From the NCBI GenBank assembly GCA_016839585.1, contig JAEOTZ010000058.1, positions 129,948-193,947 of the forward strand: a DNA stretch of 64,000 nucleotides, given 5' to 3'. Shown here in pieces: positions 18,697 to 29,083 of this stretch. The notes under the pieces are model-generated. The model saw only the letters and a program-made list of their open reading frames with translations. It made no database searches and had not been told where the DNA came from. Source of the DNA: Promethearchaeota archaeon (GTDB taxonomy: Archaea; Asgardarchaeota; Lokiarchaeia; Sigyniarchaeales; SOKP01). Numbering within the stretch: position 1 is the first letter of the stretch; each line of letters starts with the position of its first letter. The translations under genes and the position numbers were made by a program.

Positions 18697-20637
18697 ATGA
18701 AAGATGAGAATAATCATCGGATTGGATACTATGCTTGTCAGTGAGGTATAAATATTAAAGGTAAAGTGGATTGCGGTAAACTAGTAGAATTTGCTAAAGA
18801 GATGGACGATGTCGTCATTTCAAAGAGCCATGCCTTTTTGTGTACTGAAAGTGGCCAGAATGAAATTATAGAGGATATAAATGAAAAAAAATTAACCAGT
18901 ATAGTTGCTTCTGCTTGAACACCTCGAACTCACGAACCTATTTATCGAGATTCAATTGCAAAAACAGATCTAAATCCATACTACTTTCAAATGGTTAATG
19001 TAAGAGAACATTGCTCATGGTGCACTGAAAGTAAGGAAGAGGCATTAGAAAAAGCAAAAATCTTAGTAAGGAGTGGAATCGAGAGAGCTAAAACTTTAGA
19101 AGTGGTACCTATTAAAACAGTTCCGGTAGAAAAAGCCACTTTGGTAGTTGGAGGAGGAATTGCAGGAATGAATGCAGCTTTAGATCTTGCAAATGCAGGA
19201 ATAAAAGTCTATTTAGTTGAGAGTAAAACGACAATTGGCGGAAGAATGGCTCAATTAGATAGAACATTCCCTACAGATGACTGTGCCATATGAATTTGCG
19301 GTCCAAAAATGCTAGAAGCCAATAGAAATGAAAATATTGAAATTCTCAGTTATGCTGAAGTGAAAAATGTAGAAGGTTGCGTCGGAAACTATGAAATAGC
19401 TGTGGAAATGAAACCACACTTCGTAACAAATGACTGTAATGGCTGTGGAGCGTGTTCAGAAGTTTGTCCTGTTTACACTTCTAACTATTTTGATGAGAAT
19501 CTTGGAGCTCGTAAAGCTATTGATATTGCTTTTGGTCAAGCTGTACCCTTCTTATACGATATTCAAAGAGATTGTTGCGTGGAATGTTTTAGTTGTGTAG
19601 AAGCCTGTGAACTAGACGCTATAGATTTTAGTCAAATACCAGAAGAAGTGAAATTTAAGGTAGGTACTATCATTATTGCCACGGGGTGGGATATCTATGA
19701 GCCTTATGGTGAATATGGCTATGGTGAATTCGATAACGTAATTACACAAGCCCAATTAGAACGAATGTTGGCACCTAACGGTCCATTAGAAGGCCATGTA
19801 AGGAGAATTTCAGATAATAAAAAACCAAAAGAAATTGTATTTATTCAATGTGTTGGAAGTAGAGATACGGAAAGAACTTATTGTAGTGGCGTATGCTGCA
19901 TGTTAGCACTTAAGAATGGGAAACTGATAAAAGAAGAATTTCCCGACGCAAATATTACTATTTGTTATATAGATATGCGAACTAACGAAAAAGGTTTTGA
20001 AGAATATTATCAACGAGCGAAAAACTCCGATATTCGTATGATTCGAGGTAAAGTAGGTGAGATATCTGAAGATCTTGAAACTAAGGATGTCAAAATACGC
20101 GTATACTCCTCTTTAACGGATGAAATTATTAAAATTGATGCTGATTTAGTTGTATTGTCTAGTGCAGCATTACCTTCAAAAGGGACAGAACAAATTGCTA
20201 AAGTACTGAATTTGGATGTAGATCGAAATGGATTTCTAACTGAGAGCCATTTTGGACTTATGCCACAAGAAACAAAGACAAAGGGTATTTTTATTGCCGG
20301 CTTTGCTCAAGGACCGAAAGATATTTCATATTCTGTCTCTCAAGCTAGAGCTGCAGCAAGTAAAGTCGCAGAATTAACAGCTCCAGGAAAAGTAGATATT
20401 GAATTAATAACTGCGGAAATAGATAAAGATTATTGTATCTCTTGTAGAAGATGTGAAAAAGAATGTCCTAAAGGTGCTATTAAAATTGTTGATATCGAAG
20501 GAGCTATTGTTGACGAAATAAATTGTGATGGATGTGGTATATGTGCTACTTGCTGTCCTACGCAGGCTATTGATATACGATATTATAGAGATTATCAATT
20601 ATATGCTGAAATTGAGGGGATATTAGGAGGTGATTAA
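18697..20637 (+). CDS. hdrA: Heterodisulfide reductase subunit A, selenoprotein (Sec16, Sec74, Sec199; 646 aa)
   Basis: One frame from ATG 18697; TGA at 18742 (CQUGINI), 18916 (SAUTPRTHE) and 19291 (DCAIUICGPKM), each matching a Cys in the Cys-HdrA at 25110. Confidence 0.93.
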
Positions 20638-20641
20638 ACAG

Positions 20642-21085
20642 GTGGATAATAATTTAAACATACTAATGTTTGCTTGTTTAAAATGAGGATATGGTGCTGC
20701 TGATCTAGCGGGTGTGTCACGTTTTAAATATACACCTTCGGTTAAAATAATAAAGGTACGATGCACTGGACGAGTTGATGTAAAACATATCTTATATGCG
20801 GTTAAATCTGGAGCTGATGGTGTTATGGTGGTTGGATGACGACCAGATGAATGTCAATTTAAGAGTGGAAATTTTAAAGCTCAGACTCATGTTGATTTAG
20901 CGAATAGGATCTTAGATCGAAGAGGTTTTGGAAATCAAAGAGTCAATCAATATTGGCTGAGTAGTGCTGAATCTGAAAAATTGGTGAAGAGTGTGGAAGA
21001 TACTCTTGAGAAAATTAGAAAGATTGGACCCAATCCATTAAACTTACAAGAAATAAAAGGAGTAAAAAAAGGAAAAATCCATTAA
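20642..21085 (+). CDS. mvhD: MvhD/VhuD [2Fe-2S] subunit, selenoprotein (Sec15, Sec66; 147 aa; absent from ORF track)
   Basis: GGAGGTGA SD then GTG; FACLKUGYGAADLAG...RCTGRVD...GADGVMVVGURPDEC; TGA at 20684 and 20837. Confidence 0.93.
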
Positions 21086-21088
21086 CTA

Positions 21089-21156
21089 CTCCCATAGAAT
21101 GATTCTTATAAAAAAATTATTGTTATAAGAGAACTATCCACGCGATGGAGGGAGTT
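21089..21156 (+). promoter_or_regulatory. Putative eukaryote-like SECIS element
   Basis: ATAG-A-ATGA-T-TCTTATAA-[AAAAATTATTG]-TTATAAGA-GA-A-CTAT, closed by CTCCC/GGGAG, directly after the mvhD(Sec) stop. Confidence 0.7.
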
Positions 21157-21208
21157 TTAAAAAATTTATAAAAAAGTTATAAAAAATTATTATAAAATTG
21201 AAGGAAAT

Positions 21209-22714
21209 ATGGTTCAAATAATAAATAGTAAATTGTTCGAAAAAATCTCTCCTAATGATTTGATCGAAGCTACATATAAAGCTTCAGGAAATTTCCAAGT
21301 AAGAGCATTTTTTGAAGCTAAAGATGAAATCTTAAAAACAGGCAAATATACAGAAGAAGAATTCTATGAAATCTTAGATGGAATGGTTGATGCAGAAACT
21401 GAACGATACTTAATTTTAAATAAAGTAAAGGGAAAGAAACCTCTTTTTTTAGAAGAAATTGCTGAAATAATCAAAGAATTTCCTCCTGAAAATGTAATAA
21501 GAGATATCATTTACTTAAAGGAACAAGGATATATTGAGGAACATATTGAGATTAAAACTAAAACTGTTATAAAAAAAATTAAGGGAGAAGAAAAGGAAGT
21601 TGAAGAAAAAGAATATTTTTATAGATATCAAGTAAAGGAGCTTCCAGATAATTTTATTGAACATTATTTTGAACCAATTTCTATTGTATATGATGCTGGT
21701 GTATGTTGTCAATGTGGATGGTGTGCTTCTATTTGTCCTGTCAATGCAATTGCAGTCACTGCAGACACTCTTGAGATAGATGATGAGGTTTGTATGAAGT
21801 GTGGATTATGTTATTCTGTTTGTCCTCGTTCCTTTTCAATTGAACAAGCTTTATTGAGTATGAAAAAAATTGATAAATCTCTTCAATTTTCTGAAAAGAT
21901 TAACGGATATCTTAATACATATTCAGCCACAACAACTAAAGATAAGATTAAAAAAGTACGCCAAGATGGAGGAATAGTAACCTCCTTACTTGAGTATTTA
22001 TTAAAGAATAAATTAGTTGATGCTATTGTAGCAGTGCAACATTCAAAAGATTTCTGGAAACCAGAACCTGTTATTGTAGATAATTTAAACGATTTGTATA
22101 AAACGGGTGGAACTAAATATGCAAATGCATCGACTTTAGCTATTATAGGTCAAACAAAAAATTATAAGAATATAGCTGTTGTTGGAACACCATGTATGAT
22201 TAATGCAATTGAAAAAAGTAATTTATTTCCAACTAGAGTACCTTTTTTCAACAACATTAAATATAAAATTGGGCTTTTTTGCATGGAATCTTTTCCTTAT
22301 GAAGGTGTGCTTAAACTAATCAAAGAGCAATTTGATAAAGATTTTACGAAAGTAACAAAGATGGATATAAGCGGTGGAAAATTTATCATTTATTTGGATT
22401 CAGGGGAGGATTTAAGAGTCCCCCTTAATAATGTTAAATCCTATGCTCGAGCCAATTGTCATTATTGTGAAGATTTAACTTCTGATTATGCAGACATTTC
22501 TGTAGGCTCAATAGGCTCTCAAGCAGGTTGGTCTTCCGTTATCACTCGTTCAAAGAAAGGTGAAGAAATTTTCCAAGGAGCTGTTGAAGTAGGTTTAATT
22601 GAGTTTCAGAATCTAAAAGATGTTAAACCAGGACTAGGTCTTTTAGAAAGAATTGCTGATACTAAAAGAAAAAATTGTAAACCAATTGAATTAATTAAAA
22701 ATCAAAAAACTTAA
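21209..22714 (+). CDS. FrhB-family protein with 2x[4Fe-4S] and ~150-aa N-terminal extension
   Basis: CCQCGWCASICP, QDGGIVT, GTKY, VGTPC, GLFCME and CHYCED motifs. Confidence 0.9.
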   Translation: MVQIINSKLFEKISPNDLIEATYKASGNFQVRAFFEAKDEILKTGKYTEEEFYEILDGMVDAETERYLILNKVKGKKPLFLEEIAEIIKEFPPENVIRDIIYLKEQGYIEEHIEIKTKTVIKKIKGEEKEVEEKEYFYRYQVKELPDNFIEHYFEPISIVYDAGVCCQCGWCASICPVNAIAVTADTLEIDDEVCMKCGLCYSVCPRSFSIEQALLSMKKIDKSLQFSEKINGYLNTYSATTTKDKIKKVRQDGGIVTSLLEYLLKNKLVDAIVAVQHSKDFWKPEPVIVDNLNDLYKTGGTKYANASTLAIIGQTKNYKNIAVVGTPCMINAIEKSNLFPTRVPFFNNIKYKIGLFCMESFPYEGVLKLIKEQFDKDFTKVTKMDISGGKFIIYLDSGEDLRVPLNNVKSYARANCHYCEDLTSDYADISVGSIGSQAGWSSVITRSKKGEEIFQGAVEVGLIEFQNLKDVKPGLGLLERIADTKRKNCKPIELIKNQKT

Positions 22715-22718
22715 TTGA

Positions 22719-23828
22719 ATGATTTTTATGAGTGTAAAAACATTTCAAGATTTAATAACAGAAGTTCATGAGAGAGGAATATGTCAAGAATGTGGAGGCT
22801 GCGTAAGTTTTTGTAGTTCAGCTGAGTATAATGTTATTGGTCTCAAAGATCCATATAAACCTCCTGAATATATTAATAAGGAAAAATGTCTTGAATGTGG
22901 AATTTGCTATTATATATGTCCTCAGACTCATATTTTGGATAATGAGCTTAATAAAACGTATAAATTTACTGATTATTCTTCAATGCCAATAGGGTATTAT
23001 GAAGATATTTACTCTTGTCAAGCTACTGACGCGGACTTTTTGAAATATGGAACTGATGGTGGGGTTGTAAACTCTATTATAAATTTTCTAATAGAGAAGA
23101 AGTTAATTGATGGTTCTGTAGTTTCCAAAACAGAGGCTCCGTTTTCTAGAGAAGCTACATTTGCGAATAGTAAAACTGATTTATTAAAAGCTTCTGGAGC
23201 TAAATTAGATATTTCAGCTCAATTGGATGAGATCCAAAAGTTTTGCACATATACTCATTCGATTCCTAAATTGAATCATTATAAATTCAAAAAATTAGCA
23301 GTCGTAGGTACACCTTGTCAGATTTATACAATGAGATGTATGCAAGATTTAGGGGTAACTCCTTCAGAAAATATTGAAATATGTCTTGGACTCTTCTGTT
23401 ATGAGAATTTTTTATTTGATATCTCCAAAATTACTAAACTTGAGAAAGATTTCAATATAAAATTTACAGATATTGAAAAAATCAACATCAAGGAAGATTT
23501 AATTTTTAGATTAAAAGGTGATAAGGTAATTCATGTACCTTTTAACCGATTAAAATATTTTATGCGCCCTGCTTGTAATGCATGTGGTGATTTTACAAAT
23601 ATCTATGCAGATATTTCTTTTGGAGGTCTAGGTTCTCCTGATAAATATACTACTGTTATAACTCGAACAAAAAAGGGAAAAAATATCTTTTCCAGAGCAT
23701 TAGATGCGGGTGTAATTAAAAATTTAGATTTAAATCAGGCAAAAAAGAAAAAAATGTTTGATTTAATTAGCCAATATTCTCAATCAAAATTAAAACGTCA
23801 AGAAAAATTTATGAATAACCTAAAATAG
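22719..23828 (+). CDS. FrhB-family protein
   Basis: CQECGGC, TDGGVV, VGTPCQ, GLFCYE and CNACGD motifs. Confidence 0.9.
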   Translation: MIFMSVKTFQDLITEVHERGICQECGGCVSFCSSAEYNVIGLKDPYKPPEYINKEKCLECGICYYICPQTHILDNELNKTYKFTDYSSMPIGYYEDIYSCQATDADFLKYGTDGGVVNSIINFLIEKKLIDGSVVSKTEAPFSREATFANSKTDLLKASGAKLDISAQLDEIQKFCTYTHSIPKLNHYKFKKLAVVGTPCQIYTMRCMQDLGVTPSENIEICLGLFCYENFLFDISKITKLEKDFNIKFTDIEKINIKEDLIFRLKGDKVIHVPFNRLKYFMRPACNACGDFTNIYADISFGGLGSPDKYTTVITRTKKGKNIFSRALDAGVIKNLDLNQAKKKKMFDLISQYSQSKLKRQEKFMNNLK

Positions 23829-23877
23829 AGATGAGCTCACAATAACAGAATCAAAAAGAGATATTGAACGGAAAAAA

Positions 23878-25113
23878 TTGTATAATGATACATTAGATTA
23901 TTTAGAAAAGATATATGAACCAGATTTAAGAAATCTTCTAAAAAGATGCTATCAGTGTGGACGGTGTAGTGGAGTATGTCAATTAAGTAAAGTTCAAAAA
24001 TATGCACCAAGTAAAATAATTGAACTAATATTAGAAGGTTTTGAAGATAGAGTACTAGAAAGTGGCGAATTGTGGGATTGTTTAACTTGTAATCAATGTC
24101 TTAAGGATTGTCCCGAAGACATTAATTTCGCGGATATCGTAAGGATTGCAAGATATAAAATGAGACATTTTGCTAATCAAAATCCTGACGAAATTGTTGC
24201 TCATAAAGGGATTTATACAACTATTTCTGAAATCATGAGTCGTCCCTATATAACGCCAGAAAGATCACTTGACTGGGTTCCAAAAGGATGTAAAATATCA
24301 GATAAAGGCAATGTATTATATTATGTAGGGTGTTTACCTTTTTTTAATTATGAATTTGAGAATTTAGATTCAATTGCGACAAGCACATTAAAAATATTAT
24401 GTCAAATTGAAAAAGAACCTATTGTAGTATTTAAGGAAGAAAATTGCTGTGGTCATGATATTTATTGGGGTCAAGGTAAATTGAAAACCTTTATAAAGCT
24501 CGCTATGAAGAATATGGAGATGTTTGAAAAAGCAGGTATATCCAAAATTGTAACCGCTTGTGCTGAATGCTATAGGACATTTAAAGTTGATTATCCTAAT
24601 ATATTTGAAGATTTTAATGATAAATTTGATGTGAAACACGTTATTGAATATATTTATGAAAAATGGAAAGAAAATCTAATTCAATTTCATAATCCAAATA
24701 AAAAAAGTGAAAAAATACCTTTCACATATCATGATCCATGTAGGCTAAGTAGATTTTTACCTAAAGATAATAATATTATGGAAAAAGTTCGAGAGATCTT
24801 TAAAGAATTCAAAGACTTAGGTTATGATTTTAATGAAATGGAACATAATCAGAAAAACGCTTTATGTTGTGGAGTAAGTTCTTGGATGAATTGTAATGAA
24901 AAATCTAAAGCACTAAGATATAAAAGAATGTTAGAAGCAAAATCAGCGGGAGATATAATGGTTACTTCCTGTCCAAAATGTAGAATACATCTTAGCTGTC
25001 TTCAGGATGATTTTGAGGATATTGCTTCAATTGAAATTTTAGATTTTTCAGAATTTCTAATTAACCATATAAAGTTAATAAAACCTGATATAAAAGGTGA
25101 GGAAAAGAAATGA
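23878..25113 (+). CDS. HdrD/GlpC-like Fe-S oxidoreductase (HdrC-like plus CCG domains)
   Basis: CYQCGRCSGVC, CLTCNQCLKDCP, NCCG, YHDPC, LCCG and SCPKC motifs. Confidence 0.88.
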   Translation: MYNDTLDYLEKIYEPDLRNLLKRCYQCGRCSGVCQLSKVQKYAPSKIIELILEGFEDRVLESGELWDCLTCNQCLKDCPEDINFADIVRIARYKMRHFANQNPDEIVAHKGIYTTISEIMSRPYITPERSLDWVPKGCKISDKGNVLYYVGCLPFFNYEFENLDSIATSTLKILCQIEKEPIVVFKEENCCGHDIYWGQGKLKTFIKLAMKNMEMFEKAGISKIVTACAECYRTFKVDYPNIFEDFNDKFDVKHVIEYIYEKWKENLIQFHNPNKKSEKIPFTYHDPCRLSRFLPKDNNIMEKVREIFKEFKDLGYDFNEMEHNQKNALCCGVSSWMNCNEKSKALRYKRMLEAKSAGDIMVTSCPKCRIHLSCLQDDFEDIASIEILDFSEFLINHIKLIKPDIKGEEKK

Positions 25114-28100
25114 TGGAAGGTTCTGTTTTAGTTATAGGTGCTGGAATTGGTGGAATCCAATCCGCTTTAGATTTAACTGAATTAGGCTTTAAAGTCTATT
25201 TAGTGGATAGAACTCCCTCAATTGGAGGTCGTATGGCTCAACTTGATAAAACATTTCCTACAAATGATTGCAGCTTATGTATTCTTGCCCCTAAAATGGT
25301 AGAAGTATTTCGAAATCCAAATATAGAATTAATGACGTATCATGAAGTGCAAAAACTTGCTGGTAAACCAGGAGATTTTACTGTTACTGTTCTTAAAAAA
25401 CCTCGTTATGTTGATGAAATAAAATGTAAAGGATGTGGAGATTGTGCCGCTAAATGTCCAAAAATAGAGGTACCTAATCTCTTTGACATGAATTTAGGTA
25501 AGAGAAAATCAGTATATATTCCTTTTCCTCAAGCAGTTCCTCCAGTCTATCTAATAGACCCTGAATTATGTTTGAAACTTACTAAGGGGGTATGTGGTGT
25601 ATGTGCTAAAGTATGTCAAGCGGAGGCTATTGATTTTGATCAAAAACCTCAAGAAATAGAATTAAAAGTTGGAGCGATTGTAGTTGCTACTGGATTCGAT
25701 ATGCCTGCAAAAAATTTATCTTCACGGTGGGGTTATCATTATGAAAATGTAGTAAGCGCTCTTGAATACGAAAGGATTTTGTGTGCCTCTGGACCATTTG
25801 GTGGTCATGTTTTAAGACCAAGTGATCAGAAAGAACCTGAAAAAATAGCTTTTATTCAATGCGCAGGCTCAAGAGATTTGCATGAGGGGGTGCCTTATTG
25901 TTCTAGTGTTTGTTGCATGTATACTGCTAAAGAAGCAATAATAACGAAAGAACATTCTGATAACTCACAATGTTTTGTATTTCGACATGATATCAGAGCA
26001 TTTGGTAAAAATTTTTATGAATTTACGCAAAGAGCACAAAAAGAATATGGAGTAAAATATTTTCAAACTAAGATAAGTAAAATAGTAGAGGATCCGGAGA
26101 CAAACGATTTAATTATTCATTATGAAGATTTAAAAACAGGTACATTTCATGATTTTCAAGCTAATTTAGTTGTATTAGCGACTCCTTTAGTCCCCTCCAC
26201 AGGATCTAAAGATTTAGCAAAGATTTTAGAAATAGAACTGGATGAATATCACTTTTTCAAAGAAAAAGATTATTTTAATAAATCTAAATCAACTAAAGAT
26301 GGAATATATTTATGTGGATTCTGTCAAGGTCCGATGGATATACCAGAAACTGTTGCTGATGCAAGTGGAGTAGCAGGTCAAGTTGCAGCATTCTTGAATT
26401 CTGTTAAATTTGATCATATAAAAGAGAAGTTAGAAGTTCCCGAATTAGATATAAAAGCTACTGATGAACCAAGAATAGGGGTTCTAATCTGTCATTGTGG
26501 AATTAACATAGGTAAATATGTTCATGTACCTCTACTTGCTGAATATGTAAGAACTTTGCCTAATGTAGTTCAATGTGAAGATAATTTATACTCATGTAGC
26601 TCTGACTCGCAGACACGAATTAAAGAATTAATTAAAGATCACAAATTAAACCGATTTATTGTTGCTTCTTGCACACCAAGAACCCATGAAGCTTTATTTC
26701 AAGAAACCTGTCAAGAAGCAGGTTTAAATAAATATTTATTCGAAATGGTTAATATTAGAGATCAATGTTCTTGTGTTCATATGGACGATGCAGAAGCAGC
26801 AACCCAAAAAGCTAAAGATTTAATAAGAATGTCTGTTGCTAAATCAAGATTATTAAAACCTCTGAAAGAAGAATTATTAAAGATTACTCCAACCTCATTA
26901 ATTATCGGCGGTGGAATTGGTGGAATGAGTGCAGCCTTAAACATTGCTGAACAAGGTTTCAAAACATTTTTAGTAGAAAAAGAGAGCTTTTTAGGAGGAA
27001 ATTTGAATTACCTAAATGTGTTATACCCCATTGAAGAAAATGCTTCAGACTTCTTAAATGAGACTATCGAAAAGGTTAATCATAATAAAAATATTCAAAT
27101 CTTCCTAAATGCAAAAATTGGAGATATTAAAGGATATGTTGGTAATTACATCGTATCTATTGTTGATTCAAAAAATGAAACTCACGAATTAAGTATAGGA
27201 ACTATAATTGTAGCTACTGGAGGTAAAGAATATAAACCTAAAGATATGTTTCAGTATAAAAAAGAGAATAAAAATGTCATAACCCAATTAGAACTAGAAC
27301 AAAAACTAAAAGAAAAAGGGAAATCTTGGCTTGATGATATAAATAGAATAACAACAATTCTGTGTGTAAATGCACGGCAAGTTGAAGGAATAACCTATTG
27401 TTCTAACATTTGCTGTGGGAATTCTATTAAAAACATTGGACTCTTAAAAAAGTTAAAGCCTGAACTTGAAATTGCGGTACTTTATAGAGATCTTCAAATG
27501 GCTAAGAAAAAGTATGAAGAGTATTATCGTGAACGTAGAAAAGATGCTATATTTTTAAGATATGACTTGGATAATATACCAATCATCAGTAAAGTAAACA
27601 AAGATCCAGAAAAATACAATATAAAATTTTACGATACTAATCTCCAAGATTTCATAGAATTTAATACAGATTTAATTGTATTATCAACTCCTATGATTCC
27701 GGCGGATAATTTGGAAGAATTAGCAAAAATGCTTAAAGTTCCTTTAGATAGAAATGGTTTTTTCCTAGAAGCCCACGTAAAATTAAGACCATTAGATTTT
27801 GCCACAGATGGAATTTTCTTATGTGGATGCGCACAATGGCCAAAAAATATACAAGATACTATTTCTCAAGCAAATGGAGCTGCGGGTAGAGCAAGTAGAT
27901 TTTTAAGCGCCAAAGAAATTAAAACTTCGGGAATAGTTGCAGAAGTAGATCCAGTAAATTGCATTGGGTGTGGAAAATGTGAATCAGTATGTCCTTATAA
28001 CGCTATTGATATTTTAGAATCTGCAAAAGATTATGAGGAAGTAAGCTTAATTGTAAGAAAATCATTTGTTAATTCAGCCTTATGTAAAGGGTGTGGTACA

Positions 28101-28196
28101 TGCGCTGCAACTTGCCCAAATGGAGCTATATCTATAATGCAATACGATTTTGATCAAATAACTGCTATGATAGAATCATATTTATTAGAATTATAA
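25110..28196 (+). CDS. Large HdrA-like protein with two FAD domains (Cys-encoded)
   Basis: GAGIGG...DKTFPTNDCSLC; internal CHCGINI/CTPRTHE; second GGGIGG; C-terminal ferredoxin. Confidence 0.92.
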   Translation: MMEGSVLVIGAGIGGIQSALDLTELGFKVYLVDRTPSIGGRMAQLDKTFPTNDCSLCILAPKMVEVFRNPNIELMTYHEVQKLAGKPGDFTVTVLKKPRYVDEIKCKGCGDCAAKCPKIEVPNLFDMNLGKRKSVYIPFPQAVPPVYLIDPELCLKLTKGVCGVCAKVCQAEAIDFDQKPQEIELKVGAIVVATGFDMPAKNLSSRWGYHYENVVSALEYERILCASGPFGGHVLRPSDQKEPEKIAFIQCAGSRDLHEGVPYCSSVCCMYTAKEAIITKEHSDNSQCFVFRHDIRAFGKNFYEFTQRAQKEYGVKYFQTKISKIVEDPETNDLIIHYEDLKTGTFHDFQANLVVLATPLVPSTGSKDLAKILEIELDEYHFFKEKDYFNKSKSTKDGIYLCGFCQGPMDIPETVADASGVAGQVAAFLNSVKFDHIKEKLEVPELDIKATDEPRIGVLICHCGINIGKYVHVPLLAEYVRTLPNVVQCEDNLYSCSSDSQTRIKELIKDHKLNRFIVASCTPRTHEALFQETCQEAGLNKYLFEMVNIRDQCSCVHMDDAEAATQKAKDLIRMSVAKSRLLKPLKEELLKITPTSLIIGGGIGGMSAALNIAEQGFKTFLVEKESFLGGNLNYLNVLYPIEENASDFLNETIEKVNHNKNIQIFLNAKIGDIKGYVGNYIVSIVDSKNETHELSIGTIIVATGGKEYKPKDMFQYKKENKNVITQLELEQKLKEKGKSWLDDINRITTILCVNARQVEGITYCSNICCGNSIKNIGLLKKLKPELEIAVLYRDLQMAKKKYEEYYRERRKDAIFLRYDLDNIPIISKVNKDPEKYNIKFYDTNLQDFIEFNTDLIVLSTPMIPADNLEELAKMLKVPLDRNGFFLEAHVKLRPLDFATDGIFLCGCAQWPKNIQDTISQANGAAGRASRFLSAKEIKTSGIVAEVDPVNCIGCGKCESVCPYNAIDILESAKDYEEVSLIVRKSFVNSALCKGCGTCAATCPNGAISIMQYDFDQITAMIESYLLEL

Positions 28197-28214
28197 AAAA
28201 TGTTGTAATATATT

Positions 28215-28652
28215 ATGCCAAAAGCAAAAACAAAAGTAATAAGAAAAGACTTTACTCCAGAAATACTAGTTTTTTGTTGTAATTGGTGTTCGTATGCAGG
28301 AGCAGATTTAGCAGGGGTTTCCAGATTTCAATATCCCCCTAACATGAGAATAATACGAGTAATGTGTTCTGGAAGAGTTGATCCTGCATTTGTAATAAAA
28401 GCTTTAAAAGAGGGAGCTGATGGAATACTCATCACAGGATGCCATATTGGCGATTGTCATTATATTTCTGGAAATGAGTATGCTCAAGAAAGATTTGGAC
28501 GATTACATGAAATAATAATTAAACAATTAGGTATTAATGAAAAAAGAGTCAGGTTAGAATGGGTAAGTGCATCAGAAGGAAAGCGGTTTGCTGATTTGAT
28601 CACAGAATTTACAAACCAAATAAAGGAATTAGGACCTTTGAAGGTACTTTAG
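28215..28652 (+). CDS. mvhD: MvhD [2Fe-2S] subunit (Cys version)
   Basis: FCCNWCSYAGAD, MCSGRVD and GCHIGDCHY motifs. Confidence 0.95.
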   Translation: MPKAKTKVIRKDFTPEILVFCCNWCSYAGADLAGVSRFQYPPNMRIIRVMCSGRVDPAFVIKALKEGADGILITGCHIGDCHYISGNEYAQERFGRLHEIIIKQLGINEKRVRLEWVSASEGKRFADLITEFTNQIKELGPLKVL

Positions 28653-29083
28653 TTAAAACCATTTAAAGATTAAAGAAGAATCCTGTTTTTCTTATAAATC
28701 TTAATTTTTTAATACCTATTTAAGAATAAATTTTTTTATATAAACCTCAAGTTCCATATTATCATAGCTGAATTCAATAAAAAATAGGAGTTAATATTAT
28801 TAATAACGATAAATGATAAGGAAAAATTTATCGATATTGATCAAAGTTTACTAAAGTGATAGCCATTTATTGAAAGAATTTTTGCTTTCAATAAAATATA
28901 TATGAAAGATTTTCAGAAATTTACTTTATTATTAATGGAATTCGACATTTTTGAGCATAATACTTAAATAAATGCTTTTACTTATCTTATGATTAGCACA
29001 TATTTTCTTGACCGAATTGTTAAGAAATTTTTCCAATAAAATTGAATAATTAAGTTATTACATTGTTCTATGAGGTAATTTCT

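Noticed and set aside
18991-20637. Two separate hdrA fragments or an hdrA pseudogene, as in the ORF track
   Set aside because: All interruptions are in-frame TGA at conserved Cys positions with no frameshifts, which fits Sec recoding
28660-28705. Hairpin after the Cys mvhD as a second SECIS
   Set aside because: No AUGA/GA core and no upstream UGA to recode; more likely a terminator (T-run follows)
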